Virus record (IMG/VR): IMGVR_UViG_3300017917_004266
Span: 1 to 64,000 of that record
DNA length: 64,000 nucleotides
From: a virus
Direction: 5' to 3' (one strand)
The notes under the pieces were generated by a model. That model was not told the DNA's origin, ran no database searches, and saw nothing but the letters and a program-made list of their open reading frames with translations. The number at the start of each line of letters is the position of its first letter. Position 1 is the first letter of the stretch. Below are positions 29,801-39,943 of this stretch, one piece after another. The position numbers and the translations under genes were made by a program.

Positions 29801-30488
29801 TTTGAATTCTTTAGGAGTTGATTTGCTTTTACTTAATCAATTAATAGATAATAATGATATTTTAGAAATATATTTATTTAAAATTAATAGTGGTTTAGAT
29901 ATTAATTTAAATAATTCATTATTATTAAGTAAAGCTTCTAAAAATTTTAGATTTGCAAATACTGGAGCAAATTACTCTGTAAATCTTAATGGCATTGCAC
30001 AAATTAGTGGTTTAGATTATTTACTTACTGGTACATTAGGGTCGCCAATAGCTTTATATGATATTTTTGATAATGTAGAAGGAGATTTCATAAAAACTGG
30101 CGAAGCAATATTCACTTATACTGGTGAAACAGGAAGAAGTTTAAATAATAAAGATTTCTTATATTTGAATGGCCAAAAACTAATAAGTGGTTATCATTAT
30201 AACTTTAATTCATCGAATATTAACTATAATACTGGAAATATACCTGTCACAGGTATAATTCATGCTTTCAATGTATTAATAGAGTATGATAGATATACAG
30301 GTTCAATGTATACTTTTGATTTACCTAGATTTAGTAAAAATAGTGAATTAATATGGCTTAATGGAGTTAAATTAAAATCTGATAGTTATTATGAAGTATC
30401 TGAAAATGATCAATTTTATAATCCAACTTTCTATGACAAAACAGATGTAATTATATATAATAATACGGATAATTATTTCAATGAGTAA
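26808..30488 (+). CDS. Baseplate/tail protein with LamG-like N-domain, RCC1-like repeats and C-terminal LNG repeats
   Basis: Repeats L(K/L)NDGT(I/V)TGWG.N..G; YSGYLKDFILID; VNLNG/LYLNG/IWLNG. Confidence 0.65.
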   Translation: MKNDTKYFLNELSVRTGNYILHYFFDPLNFSGNNYIYNNSPYVNYTGFYSGQNLINNLNSKTGYLYFSGNSRIDISLKDFNTEQFTFIYSYEKTNNSPCVLFSNLNTGSNGKYYGFNVCVSNYNNILIEYYDPNNELKYLTTNYNLDTKGIFSIRGYANNIFISYYNAAYDDFYTETFQIDNNSIPNVTGSIVLGSGKFSNFPNYSGYLKDFILIDQNITDFQLNNVINQFVYNLDHYYTFSFANQAYEYTNYPDNITHIFNSYSGITGCFSNQFLDQTGVISGSITGSNYSLDLTGNSGVSTQLDTSKFLSLKNKIKKTQIFHVGQIFSKTSIVLLNDGTITGWGYNNFGQLYGAQSYVGDWTGSPVGQLTDIEDIACKNYSCLALKNDGTVTGWGLNYQGAIYGTTEYNYPFSDIFTGNYNDTPLGQLTDINQIDLGLYFSVFLKNDGTIISWGDNTYGQVAGINDRFLGYPLKINITGIYQDYIYLSGLTLDYTGQFNSKPAYKYINDFENFGLSLYNNTTGWILDYSGLSDIINLTGNTYAPPIIDNLNIPYQIVVENSIDTGINVLYTYNSTSGYINNTNNWRIFRSGTNWIAYSGITGYQNTGGNASVLPLTNWSGVEENEFYGDITIKPKYVQLDYVYNSDLNNKYTGIFEETIVAQLTGIKKISVGNTHVYALKNDGTITGWGNNQFYQIDPYNISTIWSGNWNNNKLNLLTGVSDIEAGLTAGLVLFNDSTISGWGNTGAYSNSGNYLTGVKQIGAGGNFLNALLQNEVLTGWGITTGFYPKIASGVKQYNSSQFGTYYEYITGQEIKNLVSGNAHFIYNIEVERPTIITEITTVIVSQISGFENQVLFSGVTGYNTGWYKNIPQFCGTGFPMHLVSGIIGVITGNVLTGIDITTSSSSSQKIVLNNETYQTGFSSGIYDASKTGNYIYEFSYINNGSQVNLFDIIYLDSGFYSSQSKNIFNRANGYIANKTTNLNYTKNYTLQKNLDYLNSLGVDLLLLNQLIDNNDILEIYLFKINSGLDINLNNSLLLSKASKNFRFANTGANYSVNLNGIAQISGLDYLLTGTLGSPIALYDIFDNVEGDFIKTGEAIFTYTGETGRSLNNKDFLYLNGQKLISGYHYNFNSSNINYNTGNIPVTGIIHAFNVLIEYDRYTGSMYTFDLPRFSKNSELIWLNGVKLKSDSYYEVSENDQFYNPTFYDKTDVIIYNNTDNYFNE

Positions 30489-33400
30489 AATTAAAGTAGA
30501 AGCTATAACATTAAACGGCTCTAATGAATATATGGGAGGAAAAATTTATTATTGTAATTTTTCTCCTAATTTTAGTGAAAAACCAACGGAATTACAAATT
30601 AATGTAATTAATGAAAATGGTAATTATCAAACTCCTACGATAAATTATAATTCTCCAGTTAAGGTTAAAATAGGTTCACTTGATCTTGGAGATATGTATC
30701 CTTATAAATATAAAAATAGATATTCTTCTCAAGGAAATATATTAGAAATATCATTAATTGATCCAAGTTTTGTGCTAGATAAAATTTTTATTGGGCTAAA
30801 TGGAAAACATGGATGGATAAATAAATTTGCTAAAAGTATGCAAGATATGTCTAAAAAAACATTTAGTGAATATTTAGATTCTATCAATTCTTCTTCTTCT
30901 TCTTCTTCGGCTTCTTCATCTTCAAACGATAAAGGGTCAGATGTATTTGAAAAATTAACAGATAATTTTTGGCTTATAGGTAGACAATTTCATCCATGTG
31001 ATGAAAACAAAGACAATATTATAGATTTTGATGAAGCTTTTAATGTAGACCCATGTGATCCATGCCCATCTTGTCCAGAGGATAAATATGAAAATCGTTG
31101 TCAAGAACTTGCTTATACTACAATATTTGAAATTGGATATTCATTTAAAGATCTTGCTTCTGCATTTCAAGCTTTTAAGCCAAGGCAAGGCAGTACAGAA
31201 ATAAATATAGAAATACCAGCTGGAATATCTGGAAATAAAGATAAATATGAAAAATTTTATAGAGATTTTTTTGGACCTTTAAGAGAAGTTTTAACATCTT
31301 GGGCTAATGAATTTGGATTAAATTGGTTTTATGATATAAAAAATAAAACAGTTAGATTTATTGATATTTCAACAAAAGAGATTCAAGTTCCAGTTAATAC
31401 TATTCTAAGTTACTATAAAAATGATAAATTAATTTCTTATGAACACGAAGTCTCTTCAGAAAAAACTGTTCAAAGAGGAGCAATTTCTTGGTATGAAAGA
31501 GGTGGTGAAAGAAAAAGTTTTGATTGTTCAAAAGCCACTACTACAATTCTTTCAGCTTTATATGGAGCAGATTATTTAGGAAATAGAGGAAGAACTCTTT
31601 TAAATGGTAAAGAAGTAAATTCAAATTGTGACGTTGTTGGGTCTATTTTAAGAGGTTATAATCCATTACTTAGAGATTTATTTTGGCTTAGAACGATGTA
31701 TGGTATGAGATCATCAAAAGATATGATTCAATATATTTCAGATTTTAGTGTTACAGCAAACTCTAGTTCAAGTTCTTCTAGTGGTGATGAAGAAGAATAT
31801 GTTCTTGCAAATAATAAAGTAATACCTGAATATGGTGATATGCAAATATTAGCAGTTATAGATTGTAACTTATCAAAATCAGAAAAAGAAAAAACAATAT
31901 TTCAAAAGATAGCAAATCTTAATTATTCAGATCTTATTCTTCAAATGAATGAATTAGATGCAATTAAATTAGTAAATAATAGTGGATTTTTTGTTGTAGC
32001 ATATATTGATGAAATTGCTCTTGAAAAAAGATATGAAATGGAAGACGAGCTTTTTGACTTTTTAGGAAAATTTTATGCTAGAGAAAATTTATTCAGATTA
32101 TGTGGTTTAACTGGTAATGAAGAGTTTGTTAAAAATAATACAAATATAGAATCTGCAGATGGAAGTGCTCAAATTTATTCCAAAAGAGATGGAATAGGAA
32201 GTCATCCATTAAGTAAGTATAAATTTTATAAAAGTGGATATCTTGGTTGTATAGTAAATGATGGAAATGTTTCAAAGATTAATCCTGCAACACCAGGTAA
32301 AAAACTTCCATCAAGTACTCAAGGATTTGGATTAACATTAAGTAGAATAAATAATCAAGATGTTGTTAGCTCGTCAGATACTCCTCAAGATTATGTAAAT
32401 GCTGCGGGTGGTGCGGGATCATTATTTTCTAATAAAAAATCAAATGAAACTATACCAAGATTTGAACAAACAGCCATCATTTTAGATCGTGAACCAAAAT
32501 GGGTACCAGAACCACAAACTTTTCAAGAAAACTTTAATCAAAAAATCTCTGATAAATATGGAGAATTAGAATGGAAATTATTTGGATCAAATGGCATTCC
32601 TCCAAATTCAACTTGGATGACATCTGCTTATGGTGGTAATACTGGATTTATTAAAGATGGAACTGCTGGAAAAATTAAAGTATTTATTGTACAAACTGGA
32701 GGTTTCAAAGTAACACCTAGTTCGCCACAACAATTTGAATCAACTGTAGAACATCCAACAGATAAAACTGCAAACCAAACAAAGAAAATGCTAAGAAGAG
32801 TTGGCGGTAAATATTCTTCAGAAACAGCCATAGGTTTATTAAATAATAAATGTCATAAAATTACAATAGAAGATGGAAAAGAACTGCCAATAATATATAC
32901 TCCGCCACATACACTTGTGCCAAAAGCAACAAAAAATTTAATAGAAAAAGATGTACTAAAACAAACTGAAAGTAGAGGTGATAAAGCTACTTCATGTGAT
33001 ACTGCACTAAAATCAGAAAAATTCAGAGTCCCAGCTTATAGGGTTTATGTATCTCAATCATTTAATCAAAGTGTTACATTACCCAAAATTCAAACTGGCG
33101 TTTATACAGATATGTCTTGCGCGCAAGGCGTAAGAAGTCTAGATGTAGTTTATACAAAATTTACAAATGATGATTTTAAATCATTTACTGGTTCTAATGG
33201 ATATGGTTGTATACCAAATATGAAATATCTTAATGATTTACATGTTGCTTATACAGGAAATGTATTTTCTAATATTGATCCAGATGATAGTCTAAGTTTA
33301 GAAATTAAAGGATTACCTAGAATATCAGATTATCAAAGTGAAATTTTAAATGGACTTGAAAATATAAGTATTCAAATTACTGACCAAGGTGTTAATACAA

Positions 33401-33498
33401 ATTTACAGTATGGAACTAAATTAGTAAAAGGAATTTCTCCTGATTTATTAAAATTTCAAAACTCTAGAAGATTTGACAGACAAGCTAAAGGCGTATAA
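30481..33498 (+). CDS. Putative tail hub/Tal-like protein
   Basis: GPLREVLTSWANEFGLNWFYD and GLENISIQITDQGVNTNLQYGT resemble hub proteins; two poly-Ser tracts. Confidence 0.5.
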   Translation: MSKIKVEAITLNGSNEYMGGKIYYCNFSPNFSEKPTELQINVINENGNYQTPTINYNSPVKVKIGSLDLGDMYPYKYKNRYSSQGNILEISLIDPSFVLDKIFIGLNGKHGWINKFAKSMQDMSKKTFSEYLDSINSSSSSSSASSSSNDKGSDVFEKLTDNFWLIGRQFHPCDENKDNIIDFDEAFNVDPCDPCPSCPEDKYENRCQELAYTTIFEIGYSFKDLASAFQAFKPRQGSTEINIEIPAGISGNKDKYEKFYRDFFGPLREVLTSWANEFGLNWFYDIKNKTVRFIDISTKEIQVPVNTILSYYKNDKLISYEHEVSSEKTVQRGAISWYERGGERKSFDCSKATTTILSALYGADYLGNRGRTLLNGKEVNSNCDVVGSILRGYNPLLRDLFWLRTMYGMRSSKDMIQYISDFSVTANSSSSSSSGDEEEYVLANNKVIPEYGDMQILAVIDCNLSKSEKEKTIFQKIANLNYSDLILQMNELDAIKLVNNSGFFVVAYIDEIALEKRYEMEDELFDFLGKFYARENLFRLCGLTGNEEFVKNNTNIESADGSAQIYSKRDGIGSHPLSKYKFYKSGYLGCIVNDGNVSKINPATPGKKLPSSTQGFGLTLSRINNQDVVSSSDTPQDYVNAAGGAGSLFSNKKSNETIPRFEQTAIILDREPKWVPEPQTFQENFNQKISDKYGELEWKLFGSNGIPPNSTWMTSAYGGNTGFIKDGTAGKIKVFIVQTGGFKVTPSSPQQFESTVEHPTDKTANQTKKMLRRVGGKYSSETAIGLLNNKCHKITIEDGKELPIIYTPPHTLVPKATKNLIEKDVLKQTESRGDKATSCDTALKSEKFRVPAYRVYVSQSFNQSVTLPKIQTGVYTDMSCAQGVRSLDVVYTKFTNDDFKSFTGSNGYGCIPNMKYLNDLHVAYTGNVFSNIDPDDSLSLEIKGLPRISDYQSEILNGLENISIQITDQGVNTNLQYGTKLVKGISPDLLKFQNSRRFDRQAKGV

Positions 33499-33500
33499 AA

Positions 33501-35597
33501 ATGATAACAAATAATTTTTTATATAGAAATTTTCTAAATCAAACTGGAGATTTTAATACTAGTTGGTTAATTTCTATTGATAATACAACTGGATCTGGAA
33601 AATTTGGTATAAGTGGAACAGGAAATATTTATGGTTATACAATTAAAAGCGGAGAAATATATGATCCATATAATAATTTACTAGGGTCATATACATCAAA
33701 TAAATCTTTTTCATTAAAAAATGATATAATAAATTCTAAAGATACATTATACTATAATAATAACCCAAAATATTTTTTTAAAACTGGAAATTTTTTTAAT
33801 GGACATAATTATAATTACTTCTTCGTTGATCCTACTGGATTAAATTTAGATTTTGATTTTATTATCAAAGGGGAAGCCACAACCTTACAAATATCTGGAT
33901 TAAATATAAGATCTAAAAATGATAATACAAATGAAATAATAAATTATGTAACTGGAAGAATTGTCAATAATAAACCAGAATTAAATGTTAAAATTTTTGA
34001 TGGATTTATAAGTAGTAATCCACAGTTTACATTATCTGGATTACCATTATCATTTTATGATACTGGATATTTTTATATAATAACAGATTCTGGAACAACA
34101 CAATTTAATAATAGAAATTTTACATTACCAATTACATTTAATACAAATTATGGACAAATATCTTTTGATTTTAATCTTATAAATCAATATATACCATTGC
34201 AATTTTCTAGCCTTATAGTAACTCCAAGCGGGAGTGTAAATATTTTTGACAATCAAGTTTTAGCATTCAGTGTCCAATATGGAACTAATAGTGGTTCATA
34301 TTTAGATATAGAATTAAATTATATAAGTGGTTCTACTGGATTTTTTAGTGGAAATATACCTTCCACAGGATATGTTACAGATACAATTTCTGGTATTATA
34401 ACTGGCTCTGGCTATCTAGAAAAAATATTAAATGCTCAAGTTCTTTTAACTGGATATAGCCCTTACAAAGAAATTAATGACTCTGGTTATGTTACTGGTT
34501 TAAAAATAAATAAATTTATATATGCTACTGGAGATGTAAATTTAAATTATTCTATTTCTGGTACTGGCTTAGGAACTGGATACGTTTATTTAACAATACC
34601 ATCTAGCGGAGAAATAACTGTAACAGTTTCTGGCGCGGTTCCATATATCGGTGGAGGACCTTTATTTTATAAAACTGGTGGATTTATTTCAACTGGATCT
34701 AGTGTTGATATAAATAATAATCCTATAGAAATTACTGGATTTTCTAGTAATGTAACTAATTTTGTTACAGCTTTTTATACTGGAATAATAACTGGAGTAT
34801 ATTTAACAACTGGTCAATATTCAAATAAACTATTTACTGGTCTTCATACTGGATCATTAGCTGGAAAAGAAGTTATTGGTAAACCATATTATCAATTAGC
34901 TACTGGATTTGGAACAGGAATAAGTAAAACTGGAATTGTAGATGCAGATTTTTTTAGATTTTTTGAAGGAGGAAATTACTTCTTTACAAAAAATATAACT
35001 GGTATATCTGGTTTTTTTGCACTTAGTGATTCAAATAGAGTTATAACTGGTTTATCTGGAATATTAACTTGTAAACAAAGTTTAGAAAATTTTAATTATT
35101 CTGGAGTATCAAAAATTACTGGAATAAATAATTTTAATATATATATTGATGAGTGTGATGAAGAAACTATAATGTTTTATTTCTTAGCTACTGGCCGCGC
35201 TTCAGAAGGATTTAAATTATATACTTCTTTAGATAATAAAATTATAGAAGAAAAAAATATTCCTAAATTTATTATAGTCGCAACTACTGGAAATGAAACA
35301 GAATTAGCATATCTAGAGAATTTACAAAATTTAACTGGAAATTCTTATGGTACTGGAATAAGAACTAGGATATCTCATTTAGGAAATACTATAAGTGGTA
35401 GTGGATATTTTAGTGGATTATTTTCGGAAGGTGCTTGCGAAAATAATGGAATATGGGAACATAATTTTGTAAATTATACAATTACTACAGGAAATTTTTA
35501 TACAAATAATTATATTAATAAATTTTCAAGTAAGATATTATCTTCAGAAGAAAATATAATTGAAGATTTTAATTATATTAAATTTAATATATTATGA
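33501..35597 (+). CDS. TG/SG-rich virion protein
   Basis: About 55 TG/SG dipeptides in 698 aa (hand count). Confidence 0.55.
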   Translation: MITNNFLYRNFLNQTGDFNTSWLISIDNTTGSGKFGISGTGNIYGYTIKSGEIYDPYNNLLGSYTSNKSFSLKNDIINSKDTLYYNNNPKYFFKTGNFFNGHNYNYFFVDPTGLNLDFDFIIKGEATTLQISGLNIRSKNDNTNEIINYVTGRIVNNKPELNVKIFDGFISSNPQFTLSGLPLSFYDTGYFYIITDSGTTQFNNRNFTLPITFNTNYGQISFDFNLINQYIPLQFSSLIVTPSGSVNIFDNQVLAFSVQYGTNSGSYLDIELNYISGSTGFFSGNIPSTGYVTDTISGIITGSGYLEKILNAQVLLTGYSPYKEINDSGYVTGLKINKFIYATGDVNLNYSISGTGLGTGYVYLTIPSSGEITVTVSGAVPYIGGGPLFYKTGGFISTGSSVDINNNPIEITGFSSNVTNFVTAFYTGIITGVYLTTGQYSNKLFTGLHTGSLAGKEVIGKPYYQLATGFGTGISKTGIVDADFFRFFEGGNYFFTKNITGISGFFALSDSNRVITGLSGILTCKQSLENFNYSGVSKITGINNFNIYIDECDEETIMFYFLATGRASEGFKLYTSLDNKIIEEKNIPKFIIVATTGNETELAYLENLQNLTGNSYGTGIRTRISHLGNTISGSGYFSGLFSEGACENNGIWEHNFVNYTITTGNFYTNNYINKFSSKILSSEENIIEDFNYIKFNIL

Positions 35598-35603
35598 TTA
35601 GGT

Positions 35604-35610
35604 AGTGTAA
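35604..35610 (+). promoter_or_regulatory. Putative late promoter motif AGTGTAA
   Basis: Intergenic, upstream of 35633. Confidence 0.55.
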
Positions 35611-35632
35611 AATATATAAAGGAAAAAGGAAA

Positions 35633-38392
35633 ATGGAATTACCAATATATTTTAATCAAAGGTTTTCTAGGGGCGCAGGGACAAGTGAACAATTTGGTTA
35701 TAGCACATCAATAAATGATGCTGGAAATATTATATCAGTTGGAACATATGGAGGTTCTGGAGTTTACGTATATAAAAGTGGACAAAATGGATCTTGGTAT
35801 TTAGTAGATAAACTTACTGGTCAAAAAAGTTCAGATTTAGAAATAGGAAAATTTGGATATGATTTAAAATTAAATGGTTTAGGAAATATTCTTGCTGTTA
35901 GTGCTCCTTTTCGTGATGGTGAAGATTTTTCACCTTATAATGGTAGAGTATTTATTTATACTGGTATAAATAATAGTTGGATTTTAAATGATCAATTAAA
36001 TGGTATTCCTGGATTTGCTCAATATTTTGGTCACAGTTTAGATGTAAATTATTTAGGAGATACAATTGCAGTTAGTTCGCGCGGACAAGGAGTATCTGGA
36101 CAAGTATATATTTATACAAATTATGAAGATAATTGGCAATTAAGTCGTATTTTAACTGGTAAAAGTAATTCATTTAGTTATCCAAATAGCGTATCTTTAA
36201 ATAAGTCTGGAAATTTAATTGCTTTTGGTTCAGCATACGAAAATCAAAATTCTGGAAAAGTTTATATATTAGATTGGAAAATACCATATCAAATTAATTT
36301 AAATAATTTTGAATTAACTGATAATTCAGAAGATATAAATGGAATATATACATATCAAAGTATTGTGCCCTTTTCATATGCGGCTACATCTGGATATAAA
36401 CATAATTCTTTGGATAGTTGGATTTATTTTTCTCCAACTAATAATAGATGGGAATTAGAAGCTAATGATTCTCCTGAATTTTATAATGATAGTTCAGATA
36501 TAAATATTTTACCTTTTACTGGATGGAAAATTGGACTTGCACAAGGGGCACCAGATGAATTAACTACTGGAATTATAAATTATATACCAAAACAAATTAC
36601 TGGAGGTAATACTGCAAGATTATTTGGTATAAACTTAGATCTCAATAATGATGGAGATAAAATCTTAATTGGATCTTGGTATTCTGATCTAGGTTCTGGA
36701 GCAGCATATTTATTTACAGGAAATAATTCAAATTGGATACTTTCTAAAAAATTTACAGGAGATAATAATGATAATAATTTATATTCAGATCAAAGATTTG
36801 GATATAAAGTAGATTTGAATGGAGATGGAAATATAGCTTTAATTAGCGAAAGTAAAGATTTTAATGGAAATGGTCCTTCTGCTGGAGCAGTATATGTTTT
36901 TAGTAATAATGGTACTTGGGGACTTAATAAAAAAATAACTGGAGATTATGATATTGATTTTGGTGATAATTTTGGTTTTAGTTTTGCATTAAATGATTCT
37001 GGAAATATTGCAATTATAGGATCAATTGGTGATGGAAATAATTATAAAGGTGCAGCATATTTATATTCAAATGCAAATATTCAATATTCTAATTTTGCTG
37101 GCGAAACAGAAGTAATTTATAATGCAACACCAATAGAATTAAAATGCGATATAATAACAGGAAATTTTTCAATAAATCTAGATGGTCAAGATAATTTTAC
37201 TCCACTTTATAATACAAAACATAAATTTATTATTTATAAAAGTGGTATCAATTATACGACTGGATATTTACCTATATATGAGAGTGAATATTCAAATTAC
37301 AATAATCAAAATATAATTAAATATTCGGGAAGCTTTGACAAAGGTAATTATCAAATTAAAATAAAAAGCATTTATAATGATACAAATATTTCATTTCCTA
37401 ATTTATGTAATAATGGTATACAGGTTGCAAATATTATAGATGTAAGTTATAGTAATAAATCTGGATTAGCTTTATTTAAAAATTGTTCTTCTACTTTATA
37501 TAAAGATTTCTTAAACAATAATTCTAATTTAAATGAAGTTGCGAACATATATATAACTGACCGTTTAGATATAACTGGTTTTGATTTTATTAATGATTAT
37601 AAAACTTATGTTGATTATATAAAAACTTTGGAACCCGTAGAAAAAGAAAAAGAGGGTATTTCATTAAATAGTGGAATTGATCATGCGGTATCTAGGCTTA
37701 ATTGGAAAAATAAAATAAAAATAATAAATATAGTAACAAATAATATTCCATACATTGAATCTGATGCAGATGATTGCGAAGTAGCATTGAATAATGATTA
37801 TTTCACAAACCCAATAGAAATAAAATATTCTGATCTTTTAAATAAAATGATAAGTTATTCAAATACTCAAAATATTTCATTTAATTTTATATATTTAGAT
37901 AAAGAATTAAATCTTAATTTAGATAAGAAAAATTGTTTATATGATGAAAAAGATATAAAAATTTTATATGAAAAAGCTGCTCAATTAGGAAAAGGTTCAT
38001 TTGGAAATAATAATTTATCTCAAGTTATAAATTCACAATTAAATTTATCAAATAATTTAAAAAGAATGAGATTTTGCGAAAGTTCATCTAGTTCTAGTTC
38101 TAGTGCCATAGATCAAATATTTTTAGAATATACATATGGAATAAATTCTCCGCAAGTTATGCCATTAAATGCTTATGGAGGTAAATATACTGGTTTAAAA
38201 AACGATATAATAATAAGTGGGGCAACTGCTCCTATTTTAGTAGATATAGTATATAGAAAAATTTCTGGTGAGAATATTGGTATATATGATGGAGTTTATA
38301 CAAATTTAACTGGTAATTGGCAGATAGAGTATTTTGTTTCTGATGCAGATCAAAAATTTGCTACAAAAGATAGAAAGGTTTATATTATATAA
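35633..38392 (+). CDS. FG-GAP-like beta-propeller protein with vWA-like domain
   Basis: Repeats FG.S...N..G....VSAP....G.V(Y/F)IY; DVSYS (DxSxS) and RLNWKNKIKIINIVTNNIPY; poly-Ser linker. Confidence 0.65.
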   Translation: MELPIYFNQRFSRGAGTSEQFGYSTSINDAGNIISVGTYGGSGVYVYKSGQNGSWYLVDKLTGQKSSDLEIGKFGYDLKLNGLGNILAVSAPFRDGEDFSPYNGRVFIYTGINNSWILNDQLNGIPGFAQYFGHSLDVNYLGDTIAVSSRGQGVSGQVYIYTNYEDNWQLSRILTGKSNSFSYPNSVSLNKSGNLIAFGSAYENQNSGKVYILDWKIPYQINLNNFELTDNSEDINGIYTYQSIVPFSYAATSGYKHNSLDSWIYFSPTNNRWELEANDSPEFYNDSSDINILPFTGWKIGLAQGAPDELTTGIINYIPKQITGGNTARLFGINLDLNNDGDKILIGSWYSDLGSGAAYLFTGNNSNWILSKKFTGDNNDNNLYSDQRFGYKVDLNGDGNIALISESKDFNGNGPSAGAVYVFSNNGTWGLNKKITGDYDIDFGDNFGFSFALNDSGNIAIIGSIGDGNNYKGAAYLYSNANIQYSNFAGETEVIYNATPIELKCDIITGNFSINLDGQDNFTPLYNTKHKFIIYKSGINYTTGYLPIYESEYSNYNNQNIIKYSGSFDKGNYQIKIKSIYNDTNISFPNLCNNGIQVANIIDVSYSNKSGLALFKNCSSTLYKDFLNNNSNLNEVANIYITDRLDITGFDFINDYKTYVDYIKTLEPVEKEKEGISLNSGIDHAVSRLNWKNKIKIINIVTNNIPYIESDADDCEVALNNDYFTNPIEIKYSDLLNKMISYSNTQNISFNFIYLDKELNLNLDKKNCLYDEKDIKILYEKAAQLGKGSFGNNNLSQVINSQLNLSNNLKRMRFCESSSSSSSSAIDQIFLEYTYGINSPQVMPLNAYGGKYTGLKNDIIISGATAPILVDIVYRKISGENIGIYDGVYTNLTGNWQIEYFVSDADQKFATKDRKVYII

Positions 38393-38394
38393 TT

Positions 38395-39903
38395 ATGAAA
38401 ATAAATACAATTCCATTTCCACGAGAAGAGATGTTCGGCGGTAATAATTTCGGTCAAGGAATTGCTATCAACAGTGGAGATTTGTGTTTAGTTGGAGCTC
38501 CTGGATATTATGATGGTGGTGGAGTTTTTATTTATCGTAAATACGATTCAGAATGGGGATGGAATAAAATTCAAGATATATATTCTGATAACCCAAATTA
38601 TGGTGATTTTTTTGGATATTCTGTTTCTATAAATGATAAAGGAGATGTCATAGCAATTGGTGCCCCAAATGCATCTTTAGGAGATGGCGAAGTTCATATC
38701 TATACTGGAAATAAATCTAAATGGAATAATGTTTGTAAAATAAGCGGTAATCTTTCTGGCAATGAGCATTTTGGTTTTGATTTAAAATTAAATTTAAGTG
38801 GAAATAGATTAATAGTTGGTACAATATCATCATCAAATACTGGCAAAGCTTATTTATATTCTGGTAGCGGAAATAATTGGAATTTAATAACTGGTTTTTA
38901 CGAAGTAGATGGTTATAATAATTCTGCAACCGCATATGGCAATAAAGTCTCAATTAGTAATAATGCAGTTGTTATTGGTTCAAAACTTAACTCTAATAAA
39001 GGCGCTGTATTTATTTATACAGGAAATAATAATATTTGGAAAAAACATCAAATAATTTCTGGTTTAAATTCTGATTCTTTTTTTGGTGATAATTTATATA
39101 TTAATAATACTGGAAGTTGTATATTAATTAGTGCTCCAAATGATATATCTAATTCTGGCGTAGTATATTTGTATGAAAAAATAGGAAATTATTGGCAGAA
39201 TACATATTCTATAACAGGCGAATGGAAAGATACTGGTGAATTACCTCATCTTGGCCGATCTTTATATATAAATGAAAGCGGTAATTTTATATTTACTTCC
39301 GATGATACAAATTATGGTACAATTTATAATTATAAAAAAGACACAAATTGGTATAAAAATTTAGTTATTAAAAATCAAAAAACATTTAATGGAGATAAAT
39401 TTGGGGGAAATTTTACTGTTACTAAAGATTCTAGCAAACTTTTGATAGGTGTTCCTAATTTTATATATACTCAAGGTCAAGCTTATATATATTCCGAGCC
39501 TTGGAGCAATTTTAAAGAATATTATGGAGTAAATCAAATTGAAACAGAATCTAATTGTATTTGTAATCAATTATTAAATTGTGGCAATTGTTGTGGTGTT
39601 ACTCCTTCATTTACTATAAATACAGGATATTTTAATAATTTAAATCAATTTGCAATAAATATAAATATTTTAATAAAAAATAATAATTGTAATTCAATTC
39701 TAGACACATATAATTTATATTCTAATGGTAATAAAATATATACAGATATATATCAAACTGGACCTTTTCAACAATATAATAAAATATTAGATTTAAAAAA
39801 TATTAGTTTTCTCAACAATAATTTAATAAATTTAGAATTAAAAGTTTATAATTTAGGTAATATTTATCTATACGAAACTGGTATTAATATTAACAATTAT
39901 TAA
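38395..39903 (+). CDS. FG-GAP-like beta-propeller protein
   Basis: About 7 repeats such as FFGYSVSINDKGDVIAIGAP. Confidence 0.7.
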   Translation: MKINTIPFPREEMFGGNNFGQGIAINSGDLCLVGAPGYYDGGGVFIYRKYDSEWGWNKIQDIYSDNPNYGDFFGYSVSINDKGDVIAIGAPNASLGDGEVHIYTGNKSKWNNVCKISGNLSGNEHFGFDLKLNLSGNRLIVGTISSSNTGKAYLYSGSGNNWNLITGFYEVDGYNNSATAYGNKVSISNNAVVIGSKLNSNKGAVFIYTGNNNIWKKHQIISGLNSDSFFGDNLYINNTGSCILISAPNDISNSGVVYLYEKIGNYWQNTYSITGEWKDTGELPHLGRSLYINESGNFIFTSDDTNYGTIYNYKKDTNWYKNLVIKNQKTFNGDKFGGNFTVTKDSSKLLIGVPNFIYTQGQAYIYSEPWSNFKEYYGVNQIETESNCICNQLLNCGNCCGVTPSFTINTGYFNNLNQFAININILIKNNNCNSILDTYNLYSNGNKIYTDIYQTGPFQQYNKILDLKNISFLNNNLINLELKVYNLGNIYLYETGININNY

Positions 39904-39908
39904 TAATT

Positions 39909-39936
39909 TAGACTTTTTTCATATATATGATATAAT
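39909..39936 (+). promoter_or_regulatory. sigma70-like promoter (TAGACT-16-TATAAT), leaderless
   Basis: ATG lies 7 nt after the -10. Confidence 0.5.
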
Positions 39937-39943
39937 TTAATAT

